Shown: positions 48,913 to 58,908, counted from the first letter of the stretch. The stretch is DNA of 64,000 bases from Nitrosopumilaceae archaeon (GCA_965203465.1 CBDBCR010000001.1:160001-224000); one strand, 5' to 3'. Numbers and translations are program-made. Notes: a model not told the origin generated them from the letters alone.

Positions 48913-51107
48913 CCCGTGCGGCGAGGCCGTCCGGCACGCCCGCGCTCCGCATCGCGGCTTTTTCGGACTTTAGGGTCCAAGACATACCAAAGACACTGGA
49001 GCTGGTAAAGAGCCTGAAGCCGGACGTGACGCTTTATGCGGGTGACGACGTGCGCAGGTTCGGCCCCTTGCAGACGGGCACGCTCGAACGGTTGCTCGCA
49101 GAAAACGGACATGCGAGGGCCGGAATCCACGCGTGTGGATCTTTTCCGCGCACGGGACCGTATCGGGACCGCGACGGCACCGCCCACCCGCGCGGGCTTT
49201 ACCAGGCAAGGCTGCCTCGCACCGTGTGCTTTAACGTCAAAGTCGAAGGCAAGGCCTCAGAAAACCTGCTGGAGCAAAAAATCTTGGACATGGCGCGCGA
49301 CCCAAAGATTGGCGAAGAATTCGAGTTTTTGCGCCCGGCCCGAAGCCGCCGCCCTGGCAAAGGCGCGCCGAAAAAAACCAGGATTGTTTTTGAGCAAAAG
49401 AACGGCCGTGCGTACGGAATAGCGCATTTTCCCGAATCCGGCGTGGATTATGCCAAAGAGTTTGCCAAGGCAAGCAGGCTCGGGTTCGGGGGAGTGATAG
49501 GCAACGACGACGATCGCATATACAAATCGCTCCTCAGTGGGGACGGCGCCTGCGATCTGCACGACGGGCCTCTGCTCACGGGAGGCTTGTGCATCGTAGG
49601 GCAGGAAGGCGACGCGCTTTCGGAAAACGGTGGGATGGGACTGACGGTCTACTCGGAGGGCGAAGTAGAAAAGCACTTGGACGATCTGACTTTGGGACGC
49701 AGTCTGGAAAACGTCATACTGGTATCACACACCCCGCCTGCCGGCGTGTTGGATTACGCGCACAGGTTCGGCGACCGGCACGTGGGCTCGTCGGCAGTCC
49801 GTCGATTCGTGGCGGACAGACAGCCGCTGCTAGTGCTCTGCGGGCATGTTCACTCCCACGGCGGATGCGTGTCTAGGGTGGGACGAACAACGGTCGTCAA
49901 CCTTGCGTCGCACGACAGCCCGGGCAGTCCTGGCAGGGTCTGCCTGATCACCGTATCAGGCACAAACGTGGACATGGAATGGTTCTTGGTATCGGCAGAC
50001 GGCGTGGCAGAGTACTCGCACCGCTTTGTAAAAGATGGCGGACGCCTGCATCACGTATTGACGCTGCACAATGTGGGGATAAAAACGGCCGAAAAGATGG
50101 AGGCGGCCGGCGTCCGCACGCTAGAAGATGTCATCTCGGCCGGCGAAGGGGGGCTTGCAAAGCTGCTGAACACGAGCTTGACCTATGCGCGCAAAATGTC
50201 CGCGCAGGCCAAAGCCGTACTGGACGGCAGGACGGTTCCGCAAACCAAACTCGAGATTCCGCAAAAACCACTGATGTTCATCGACATCGAGACGGACTTG
50301 TCGAAATCATACGTGTGGCTGATCTCCGTTTGTGCGGAAGGCAAGAAGGGACTAAAGCAGTTTTACGCCGAGTCTCCGACCCGGGAAAAGGCGATTCTGA
50401 AGGATTTTTTGGAACACCGCAGAAAGCACGGCGGCCACGTGCTCTGTTATTGGTCCGGTGCCGGCTTTGACGAGCGGGTGATCAAATGCCGTCTTAGCCA
50501 GCATCGGCTCGACGCGTCGGGGCTGGGCAGCTGGTTTGATCTGTGTCTGGCGGTAAAGAAAAGCGTGGTCCTGCCCACCGGCTCATTTTCTTTGAAATCG
50601 GTTGCAGCGTGCGTCGGATACAGATACATGCATTCGGATATGGACGGTTTTGCGGCTGCCAAGATGTACCAAGAGACCGTGGGCAGTCGGAAACCGGCGC
50701 TTTCCAAGAAACTGCTCGAATACGGCAAGGACGACATTTTGGTGTTGGACCGCGTGGTGGAAAAAATCGGCGCGATTGCCGGACTGTCTCGGGATTTAGA
50801 GAGCCCGGAAGTACTGCCCGCATCTTTCGAGCAGGAATGCGCCCTCTTGAAGGATCTCCGTAAGCGGGGCATGCGAGTAACCGAGATCGCCGGAAGATTC
50901 GGCAAGGGCCGGGACTATGTCAACACCAGGCTGCGCCAGAATCCTGAAGCAATGAAGGGCAGGCGGGTATTGTTGGAAAGCGGCTTGGTAGGCCGTCGGC
51001 GCGGTTCTGCCGGAATAATTACCGGGCAGATATCTCCAACTGTCTTTGAAGTCAAGTTCGGCAGGAAAACCCTGAACGTGAGCATGAGCTCCATGAAATT
51101 CGCCTAG
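48909..51107 (+). CDS. Metallophosphoesterase-HhH-RNase H-like (YprB/TM0106-type) fusion protein
   Basis: FSD, AGD, GNDD, SHTPP, CGHVH; VGIKTAEKM; FIDIETD, FD, SLKSVA, EYGKDD. Confidence 0.8.
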   Translation: MTRAARPSGTPALRIAAFSDFRVQDIPKTLELVKSLKPDVTLYAGDDVRRFGPLQTGTLERLLAENGHARAGIHACGSFPRTGPYRDRDGTAHPRGLYQARLPRTVCFNVKVEGKASENLLEQKILDMARDPKIGEEFEFLRPARSRRPGKGAPKKTRIVFEQKNGRAYGIAHFPESGVDYAKEFAKASRLGFGGVIGNDDDRIYKSLLSGDGACDLHDGPLLTGGLCIVGQEGDALSENGGMGLTVYSEGEVEKHLDDLTLGRSLENVILVSHTPPAGVLDYAHRFGDRHVGSSAVRRFVADRQPLLVLCGHVHSHGGCVSRVGRTTVVNLASHDSPGSPGRVCLITVSGTNVDMEWFLVSADGVAEYSHRFVKDGGRLHHVLTLHNVGIKTAEKMEAAGVRTLEDVISAGEGGLAKLLNTSLTYARKMSAQAKAVLDGRTVPQTKLEIPQKPLMFIDIETDLSKSYVWLISVCAEGKKGLKQFYAESPTREKAILKDFLEHRRKHGGHVLCYWSGAGFDERVIKCRLSQHRLDASGLGSWFDLCLAVKKSVVLPTGSFSLKSVAACVGYRYMHSDMDGFAAAKMYQETVGSRKPALSKKLLEYGKDDILVLDRVVEKIGAIAGLSRDLESPEVLPASFEQECALLKDLRKRGMRVTEIAGRFGKGRDYVNTRLRQNPEAMKGRRVLLESGLVGRRRGSAGIITGQISPTVFEVKFGRKTLNVSMSSMKFA

Positions 51108-51112
51108 CGCAA

Positions 51113-51138
51113 CTTTGGGACGCATCGCGATCCCAAAG
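51113..51138. terminator. Hairpin between convergent genes
   Basis: CTTTGGGA...TCCCAAAG inverted repeat. Confidence 0.4.
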
Positions 51139-51143
51139 ATCTA

Positions 51144-51227
51144 TTATAGCTTCAGCGTCTTTAGTACCATTCCTGCCACACCAGCTACCGCCAATAGGGT
51201 CACCAGTGCCGTAAGCATTTCTGCCAT
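51144..51227 (-). CDS. 27-aa hydrophobic peptide, not in ORF track
   Basis: MAEMLTALVTLLAVAGVAGMVLKTLKL*; TTTTAAATA about 25 nt upstream. Confidence 0.6.
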   Translation of the reverse strand: MAEMLTALVTLLAVAGVAGMVLKTLKL

Positions 51228-51494
51228 ACTCCGATATATGAGGCGTTATTTAAAAGCATATCGTCAGGGGGGTTTTGTTCGGCAATTCCCCGATCCGTGC
51301 CTGAGCGGAGCCGTTTTTTGGCCGATCCGGCCACGGCGCAGGCACGAAAATGCGAATTGCCGAACAAAGCCGTCAGGGGTGGTTTACAGTTGGCCAGTAC
51401 AACAGTCCGATCCCGCCTTGAGCACGAACGAGCAGCTTGCCAAACGTTAATACCACCTTTCCTGACACGGCGCACATCAGACCCAGTCTGATTT

Positions 51495-51568
51495 GGGCCG
51501 GTCGTCTAGCCTGGTAGGATAGGTGCATGGCATGCATCGGATCAAGGGTTCAAATCCCTTCCGGTCCA
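51495..51568 (+). tRNA. tRNA-Ala(GGC), probable integration site
   Basis: GGGCCGG/CCGGTCC acceptor with G3:U70; GGTGC-ATGGCAT-GCATC anticodon arm; TTCAAAT T-loop. Confidence 0.94.
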
Positions 51569-51612
51569 TCTTTCTCTTGTCCCTTTTATCGGATGTTTCC
51601 GGGTGGTAATCG

Positions 51613-52809
51613 ATGAAAATAACGCTGGCCGAGTTCGAAAGGACGGACGGGGCCCCGCCGCTCGAGATGTTCACGCAGGGGATCAAGGCCGAAGAGACGC
51701 GCGAAAAGTACACGCGCACGCTGCGCCGCGTGCTGTGCAACATATTCGAGGAGATACTCGAGGGGACGTTCGAGGAGCGCGCAGCGCAGCTGGTAAGGCA
51801 CGGCAGGGAAAACCCGGACTGGGTGCGCGATCTTTTGCTCAACCTCTCCAAAAAGCTGCGCGCAAGGACAGAGCTTGCGCGCAACGACCCCGACTACTTC
51901 AATCCGTCCTCGATATCCAACTACTTCAAGCCGATCAAAAAGCTGCTGGACATGAACGACGTGAGCATGCCGTGGGCGCGCATCTACGCTACTTTTCCGG
52001 AGCAGGACAACGTGCCCGATTCGCGCGGATGGACGCGCGCCGAGATATCGCGGATGCTCCGGTTCGCCTCGGGCACCACCGACAGGGCGCTGGTGCTGCT
52101 GGCGGCAAGCTCGGGCATACGGATGGGCGGCTTCGACCTGGACTGGGGGGACATGAAGCCGGTGTACCGCGACGGCGACAAGCTCTCGTTCGAGGGGTCG
52201 GGCGAGCCGGCCTGCGCCATGCTTTCCATATACAGGGGGACCAGCTCCCAGTATCCGGCGTTCATCACGCCCGAGGCGTGCCGCGCGCTGGCCGACCACC
52301 GCGCGTCGTGGGCGCGCGAGACGGGCAGGCAGCCAGAGCCGTCCGATCCCATGTTCAAACAATACGGTCCGCTCCCGCGCAGGGCCACGCAGGTGTCCAT
52401 GAAAAAGAGGATACAGCGCATGATGTCAAAGGCCGACCTGCGCTCCCCAGAGCTCAAGAACCACCGCAGGTTCAAAGTCCCCATGATGAACGGGTTCCGC
52501 CGGTTCTGGAACAAGGCGTGCAAGGAATCCATGTCCCCGGATTCGCCGCTGGCCTCGCTGGTCAAGACCGAGTTCATGATGGGCCACAAGGGCCTGATCA
52601 GCCTGGACAAGAACTACTTCCAGGTGAGCCCCCTGGAGCTGGCAGCCGAGTACCTGCACGCCGTGCCCAACCTGACCATAGGCGACGAGGAGCGGCTGGC
52701 GGCCGAATCCGAGCGCAGGGCCGAGCGGATAGCCGAGCTGGAGAAGGACAAGGACGAGATCAAAGAGCTGCGCGCCCTGGTCGAGCAGCTCTCGCGCCGG
52801 ATAAAATAG
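51613..52809 (+). CDS. Tyrosine integrase/recombinase
   Basis: SSGIR, NGFRRF, MMGH, KNYF; C-terminal coiled coil. Confidence 0.9.
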   Translation: MKITLAEFERTDGAPPLEMFTQGIKAEETREKYTRTLRRVLCNIFEEILEGTFEERAAQLVRHGRENPDWVRDLLLNLSKKLRARTELARNDPDYFNPSSISNYFKPIKKLLDMNDVSMPWARIYATFPEQDNVPDSRGWTRAEISRMLRFASGTTDRALVLLAASSGIRMGGFDLDWGDMKPVYRDGDKLSFEGSGEPACAMLSIYRGTSSQYPAFITPEACRALADHRASWARETGRQPEPSDPMFKQYGPLPRRATQVSMKKRIQRMMSKADLRSPELKNHRRFKVPMMNGFRRFWNKACKESMSPDSPLASLVKTEFMMGHKGLISLDKNYFQVSPLELAAEYLHAVPNLTIGDEERLAAESERRAERIAELEKDKDEIKELRALVEQLSRRIK

Positions 52810-52841
52810 CGGCCTTTTATGCAGGCCGCCGCACCGGCCGC

Positions 52842-52964
52842 GTGAAAGACTGCCCTTCCTGCTCGGAGCCGTTCACATACCATTCCAACAAGCGGCTGGT
52901 CGCGTGCGCGCGGCGCTTCCTAAAGTCGGCACCCTCGGGTTCCCGGCGCGGCGGCCCGGACTAG
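52842..52964 (+). CDS. 40-aa Zn-finger-like protein
   Basis: MKDCPSCSEPFTYHSNKRLVAC...; TTTTAT upstream. Confidence 0.5.
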   Translation: MKDCPSCSEPFTYHSNKRLVACARRFLKSAPSGSRRGGPD

Positions 52965-53109
52965 GCCCCCCGCCTTTTTCCCGCCCGGCTCTGCCTCCCG
53001 GGATGTGCCGCTTAACGGGGCGCAAAGGTGCCCCGTTAAGGGCCACATCGCGGGCAAAACCTGACCCTTTTTTCGCCCAGCAGACCTTGCCGGCCGCGCG
53101 CGGCACCCC

Positions 53110-53736
53110 TTCGGGCGGCGCCGGGCTGTAGGAGGGCCTATACCCTTCATGGCGGCAGCTAGGCTGTCGGGTAGCATATACCCTTAAGCTGGGACGCTGG
53201 CGTCCCGAGTAAAGGGCACATCGCCCCAGTCGCGGGCGCCTAGTGCGCCCGGCGGATCTCCCCGCCGCGCACGATCTTTTTCGGGCGGCGCCGGGCTGTA
53301 GGAGGGCCTATACCCTTCATGGCGGCAGCTAGGCTGTCGGGTAGCATATACCCTTAAGCTGGGACGCTGGCGTCCCGAGTAAAGGGCACATCGCCCCAGT
53401 CGCGGGCGCCTAGTGCGCCCGGCGGATCTCCCCGCCGCGCACGATCTTTTTCGGGCGGCGCCGGGCTGTAGGAGGGCCTATACCCTTCATGGCGGCAGCT
53501 AGGCTGTCGGGTAGCATATACCCTTAAGCTGGGACGCTGGCGTCCCGAGTAAAGGGCACATCGCCCCAGTCGCGGGCGCCTAGTGCGCCCGGCGGATCTC
53601 CCCGCCGCGCACGATCTTTTTCGGGCGGCGCCGGGCTGTAGGAGGGCCTATACCCTTCATGGCGGCAGCTAGGCTGTCGGGTAGCATATACCCTTAAGCT
53701 GGGACGCTGGCGTCCCGAGTAAAGGGCACATCGCCC
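53110..53736. repeat. Perfect tandem array of 170-bp units, about 3.7 copies
   Basis: Identical units start at 53111, 53281, 53451 and 53621. Confidence 0.97.
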
Positions 53737-54042
53737 GGGCCCCCCCCGCCCGTCCGGCAGCAGCCGCCCGGCCGGAAAACCCATCTAATCCCGGGCTTTG
53801 AATGACAAAAGCGCCGAGGCGCGCGGCCCCGGCCGCCAAGGCGCCTAGAATTTTCTTGCCGCCGTCAAGGGGCAGGCATCCGATCCGGCGCTGCGCGCTC
53901 TCATGCCCGGTACTCGGAATCCCCGGAACCGAGAACTTCCGAGTTTATATAACGAGCCCGCCGCGCCGCGTTCGTGATCCTCGCCGCGCCGTTCGTGGTT
54001 GCAGAACGTTGCCGGCCGATGCCGCGGCGCGGGTGAAGTCAG

Positions 54043-54507
54043 ATGGAATTCAAAATTCCGTTCACGAGTTCGTCTCTAGTCTTCGGCCCTCAGAAGGTGT
54101 TGACGGAATGCCAAAAATGCGGCGTTCCGACGCGCCACAAATGCGTCAAGGTGGTCGGCAACCTGTCCAAATGGAGGTGCGAATCGTGCAGCACGGTCTA
54201 CGTGTCTCTCACTGCCAAATGCTCTGAATGCCCCAACGAGAAACTGAGCCTGCTGGAGGATCGCGACACGTGGATCAAGTTTGAATGCGGAATGTGCTCG
54301 TCGGTCACGTACTTTTACATTTTTGATTGCAGTTTGTGCAGAAAATCTACTTTGCATGAGGGCATTGGCCCGATATGGAAGTGCGTCAACTGCAACACGC
54401 AGTCCGAGATGCAAGGTAAGCATTTGGCTGAAATTATTCAGGACATTGGTAATAGAATCCAATCAGACACCGTGCAAGATGCATTAGACGCAAAGTACCA
54501 AAACTGA
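54043..54507 (+). CDS. Multi-Zn-ribbon protein
   Basis: Six CxxC pairs (CQKC, CESC, CSEC, CGMC, CSLC, CVNC); lower GC. Confidence 0.75.
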   Translation: MEFKIPFTSSSLVFGPQKVLTECQKCGVPTRHKCVKVVGNLSKWRCESCSTVYVSLTAKCSECPNEKLSLLEDRDTWIKFECGMCSSVTYFYIFDCSLCRKSTLHEGIGPIWKCVNCNTQSEMQGKHLAEIIQDIGNRIQSDTVQDALDAKYQN

Positions 54508-54577
54508 CTCTGCCGGTACGGCGGCATAGGCGGGAACGTATGCTCTGCCCCTTAAATCCTGCCCGCCCACCGCCCTC

Positions 54578-55399
54578 GTGAAGGTCGGACTGGATCTCGG
54601 AACGGGGTTCGTAAAGTGCGTCTCGGACGTGGGCTCGGTCAGGTTCCCCACCCTGTACGCCAGGCGCGTGGGCGGGTGCTGGTCCACGAAGGCGTCCGAG
54701 GCGGTCGGCTCCGGCGCCCTGGCCCTGCTGGGAACCGCGGGGACCGCGGCGGTCGGGCCCATATCGAAGGGCAGGCCGGATCCGCGCCACCAAAAACAGG
54801 TCGAGATGCTCGTGCGCGAGGCGCTGGCCCAGATCCGGTGCCTGGCCAAGGCGCCGGCGCCCGGCAACGAGAAACTGAGCATGGTGGTGGGTTTGCCCTA
54901 CCACGCGTTCGACCAGCGCGAGTTCGTCGCAAAGCTGGTAAAGCGCACGCTCGACGCGGACTCGTGCAGCGTGGTCGCCCAGGCGTGCGGCACGCTGGTG
55001 GACCTTGACATGGACACGGGCGTGGTGGTATCGATAGGGCAGGGCACCACCGAGATAGTGGTCGTCGACGGATCGGAGGTAATCGACGGCGCAAGCTCGG
55101 CCTGGGCCTCGGACTTCGTTACCAAAAAGGTGGGCAGGTTCGCCCACTTGGACCCGTCCGCGCTGGAGGCGCACAAGGACGTCTGCAAAAAGTACGCGCG
55201 CGTCTTGGCGGAGAACCTGGCCGCCGAGATCCGGGACGTGGCCGGCCAGTACGGGTACCCCCTGGCGCTCTCGGGCGGCGGGCTGCTGATGCCGGGCGTG
55301 CGCGACGAGCTGGAGGCCCGCCTCGAGGGCCGCAAGATCGTGGTGCCGTCCGACCCCGTGATGAGCAACGCGCGCGGGCTGTACAAGCTGGCGGCCTGA
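54578..55399 (+). CDS. ParM/StbA-like actin-fold ATPase
   Basis: GLDLGTGFVK, VVGLP, VVAQ, SIGQGTTE, LSGGG, SNARG. Confidence 0.85.
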   Translation: MKVGLDLGTGFVKCVSDVGSVRFPTLYARRVGGCWSTKASEAVGSGALALLGTAGTAAVGPISKGRPDPRHQKQVEMLVREALAQIRCLAKAPAPGNEKLSMVVGLPYHAFDQREFVAKLVKRTLDADSCSVVAQACGTLVDLDMDTGVVVSIGQGTTEIVVVDGSEVIDGASSAWASDFVTKKVGRFAHLDPSALEAHKDVCKKYARVLAENLAAEIRDVAGQYGYPLALSGGGLLMPGVRDELEARLEGRKIVVPSDPVMSNARGLYKLAA

Positions 55400-55607
55400 G
55401 GCCGGATTTTTCAGCAGGACAGCAACCCCTTCGTCTTTGGCAACTATGGCATGCTCCCAAGATCGGATCCGCAACCGCCGGATCTGAACAGCGCAGATCC
55501 GGCAGAACGGCCCAAACGCGCATCCGTTCGGCTACAGACGATCTCGTTGCCGAAAGGCTGCCCGACTATTCGGCCGGCCCCTTTTATGCGGCCCGGCACC
55601 GGCAGCC

Positions 55608-58165
55608 GTGGGCGGAAAATGGCGGCTGGCCAACGGGCGCAAGCCAAAAGGGGTATTGGACGGGGCCAAAAAGTTCCTGCCCGGGCCCGCCGACGTAGCG
55701 GCCTGCTCTGTGTCGGTCCCCGTGGAGACGGACAAGAAAGAGGCGGTCGAGGCGGCCGGCGGGCTGGCCTGCCCGGGCGTGAGAAGCTACGAGGTGTGGT
55801 GGGACGGCGCCGAAAAGCAGCTTCGGATGGTGCTGGCGTGCGAGAGGGCCGACATGGCGGGGTACAGGCAGGCGTTCCGCAACATGTACCCCACCGCGGC
55901 GTTTTCCGACGCGGAAACCGCGCCTTCCTGGTTCGACCCGGCCGGAAAATACCGCATGTTCGACGTGGGCGCCTACCACGGCCACTACGCGACCGTCTTC
56001 GACAAGGCGCGCGCCCACCAGATAATGTCGCAGATAGCCAGCACCGTCCAGCTTTCAAGCAAGGCCTGGATACAGTTCGTCTTCAAGTCGTACTCGTTCA
56101 ACCCCTTCCTGAGGAGGCACGTGGCCAGGCTGGACGGCAAGGTCCGCGAGATACGCCGGGGCAACTACCTCTCCAATACGGAAATACTGATGCACCCCGA
56201 CAAAAAGCCGCACGACCACCCGGAGGCGGGCAGGGACTTCGACAACAACTACGCCGGCCTGCAAAAGCACGCCACCCTCAAGATGCAGGGCTCCCACGTG
56301 CTGATGGCCGTGCGCGGGCTGATGGTCAGCGACGACGAGATCGACCTCAATTTCGACGAGATCGAGGCCCTGCCCGTCGAGAGCGTGCGCTCGGGCCACG
56401 AGCACCTGACCAAGTTCCGGTACCTCGACGCGGAGAGGTGGAGGCACGGATCCCAAAAATCGGAGATACGGGCGGGCGGGCAGAAACTGAGCCGCCTGGA
56501 GATGTTCCCGCGCCGCCTGCTGCCCGACCCCGAGCAGCATTTGGAAAAGGTGCTGTCCGGGTATTGCGGGCGCGGCCTGTTCGGCTACAAAGACAGGCGG
56601 CCCCTGCCCTTTTTGATGCTGACCCTCTCGGAGATGCCGCTGTTCGTGCATTTGCCGTCCCCGTCCACGCCCAACATAGACACCACCCGCGGCGTGGCCA
56701 TGCCGACAAAGCCGTCCGAAAAGGAGGGCGGGCCGCTCGGCTCGTTCGTTCCCGGCGCCGGCGCCCCCGAGTGGGGCCTGACCGTCAGGTCCAAGGACGC
56801 CGAGGCGGCCGTGGTGTCTCCCTCGGACTTTGCCACCCACCTGTACGCCGTCGGCGGCTCGGGCTCGGGCAAGACTTCCCTGATCCGGCTGCTCGCCAAG
56901 CACCTCGAGGCGTGGAACGACTCGGGGCAGTTTCCCAACGCGTTCATTTACGTAGACCCGAAAGGGGACGACTCCCGCAAGTTCGTCCAGCAGTGTTTGC
57001 CGGGATCTTTGGAGGAGGGCAGAGTCCACTACTTGGATCCGCAGGAGACGCGCTTTTCGATAAACCCGCTCGAGCTGCCGCCCCACAAGGAATCGGAGCG
57101 CGAGGAGGTGGTCTCGCGGTACGTCGGGTACTTCATGAAGACGATAGAAGAGTGGTACCAGCAGTCTGCCAGCTACGTGCAGATGGAGAGGATCTTCCGG
57201 GCCCTGCTCTTCTACATGTACATGAAGCACGACGCCCCGACCTTCCTGGACATGCACGGTATCATATTGAGGCTGCAGGGGGGCAAGGACGCGCTGGCCG
57301 ACGTCATCCGCGAGTACGGCGAGCCGGACCCCGAGATGGCCCAGGCCCTCGAGAGCATATCTTCCCTCAAGGGGGACGCTTTCGTGCCCCTCCTGAACCG
57401 CGTGGAGCAGTTCGCCACAGACCCGGTCCTCAAGAGGATGTTCTCTGTCAGGCGCGGGACCGTAGATTTCGACGAGCTAGTAAAGCCCGGCTCCTGCACG
57501 GTGGTCCGCATATCGCCCCTAAACATGCCCCAGCACGTCCAGCCGCTGGCCATGCAGGCGTTCATCCTGAAGCTGTGGTTTACAATACAGGAGCGGGCCG
57601 CCGGACACCGGAGCGCGACCGCACCCAGGTGGTCCTGGCCCTGGACGAGTTCCAGATAGTAAAGGACCTGCAGGTTCTGCAGCTCATGCTCGAGCAGGCC
57701 CGCTCGCTGGGCCTCGGGCTCGTACTGTCACACCAGACCACCGAGCAGATCAGCGACAGGCAGCTTGGCATAATCACCGGCAACTCTGGCACCCAGTTCG
57801 TGGGGCGCGTCAACGGCAGGGACGCGGCCCGGATATCGCAGATCTGGGACCCCCAGTTCCAAAAGCCGCTCCAGCACCAGCTTGCCAGCCAGGAATATTT
57901 CCACTGGACGGTGAGGGAAAAGGCGCCGCCCGGCAAGGAGCAGCCGCCGCCTTCACAGTTCTGGCTGAGCCCCCCTCCCGGGCTGGTCTCGGCGGGCATG
58001 TTCGAGCAGTTCGTCTCGTCACAGCTTGCAAAGTACGGAAGCGGCGTGGTAGAGGGGGCGGCCCGCGCCGCCGGCCCCGTCCAGTGGAAGGCGTCGCTGG
58101 ACGTGGACGTGCCGCCACGTAGGACTACGCCATTTACGAGGCTAGATTCCATCCGCGTTACTTAA
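55608..58165 (+). pseudogene. VirD4/TraG/VirB4-like conjugation ATPase, frameshifted near 57602
   Basis: Walker A GGSGSGKT, VDPKGD, INPLE in one frame; LALDEFQ...EQARSLGLGLVLSHQ in another. Confidence 0.82.
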
Positions 58166-58245
58166 ATGAGCCCAAACTTGGTCAGGATCGTGTTCTGTAA
58201 AGCATTCGTGCAAACGGCGCGCGGCATACTGGACGGTGGGCTATT

Positions 58246-58908
58246 TTGAAATCGTCTGACACACCGTACCTGAAATGTGGGAAGTGTGACTGGAGACGGC
58301 ACAGGTTGGACGGTATGACATTCCGGTGTGGGTGCGGTGCTGCCAACTACGAGGTGCGCGAGATCCATGCGTCAAAATCGATGCGGGGGCCAGACGCTTT
58401 TCTATTCATCGAGCGTAATATCGAGGGCGCGTCCCCTTGCCGCGAGTGTGGTGTAGTTATGAAGCAGATACTGTACGCGGGCAGGGTGGTGGGTACCGTT
58501 GGTTGCTCCAGCCATGATTCTATAGACACCATGGTGCGCGAATACGCCCTTGCCCGATACAACATGCTCAACGCCGAACACTATCGCATAGAGCGCGAGA
58601 GAACGGACGCGGAGCAAAGGTTGGCCGGCCCCGTATGGCTCAAGTACAATAACGTCTGGCACATAAAGGCCCCTGGTGGTAGAACTGGCGACGAGGTAAC
58701 CGTGGTGAAAAGTGACGGCACGAAGTCCGACCAAGTGCTCGGCACGCCAGTAGCCGACGATATTTTTGTGCCTGCAGTGCCCAAGGGCCGCAAACGAGGC
58801 AAGTGTGAAGAGTGCGGTATGGACGGACATGAACGCGGAAAAGGAAGAGTATTGTGCAATGCCTGCGTGGCCCGCAATCGGTCAAGGTACGCCAGACGAA
58901 GGTCTTAG
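58246..58908 (+). CDS. Hypothetical Cys-rich protein, possibly virus-derived
   Basis: CGKC, CGCG, CREC, CEEC, CNAC; lower GC. Confidence 0.65.
   Translation: MKSSDTPYLKCGKCDWRRHRLDGMTFRCGCGAANYEVREIHASKSMRGPDAFLFIERNIEGASPCRECGVVMKQILYAGRVVGTVGCSSHDSIDTMVREYALARYNMLNAEHYRIERERTDAEQRLAGPVWLKYNNVWHIKAPGGRTGDEVTVVKSDGTKSDQVLGTPVADDIFVPAVPKGRKRGKCEECGMDGHERGKGRVLCNACVARNRSRYARRRS

Noticed and set aside
51522-51545. Unusual A32-U38 in the tRNA-Ala anticodon loop as a sign of a pseudo-tRNA
   Set aside because: A32-U38 is a known feature of tRNA-Ala(GGC), and G3:U70 is intact
53110-53736. CRISPR array
   Set aside because: Units are identical over 170 bp with no unique spacers, and there is no cas operon
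53524-53784. 86-aa ORF across the repeat array
   Set aside because: Unit length is not a multiple of 3; stops recur in each unit; composition is not protein-like
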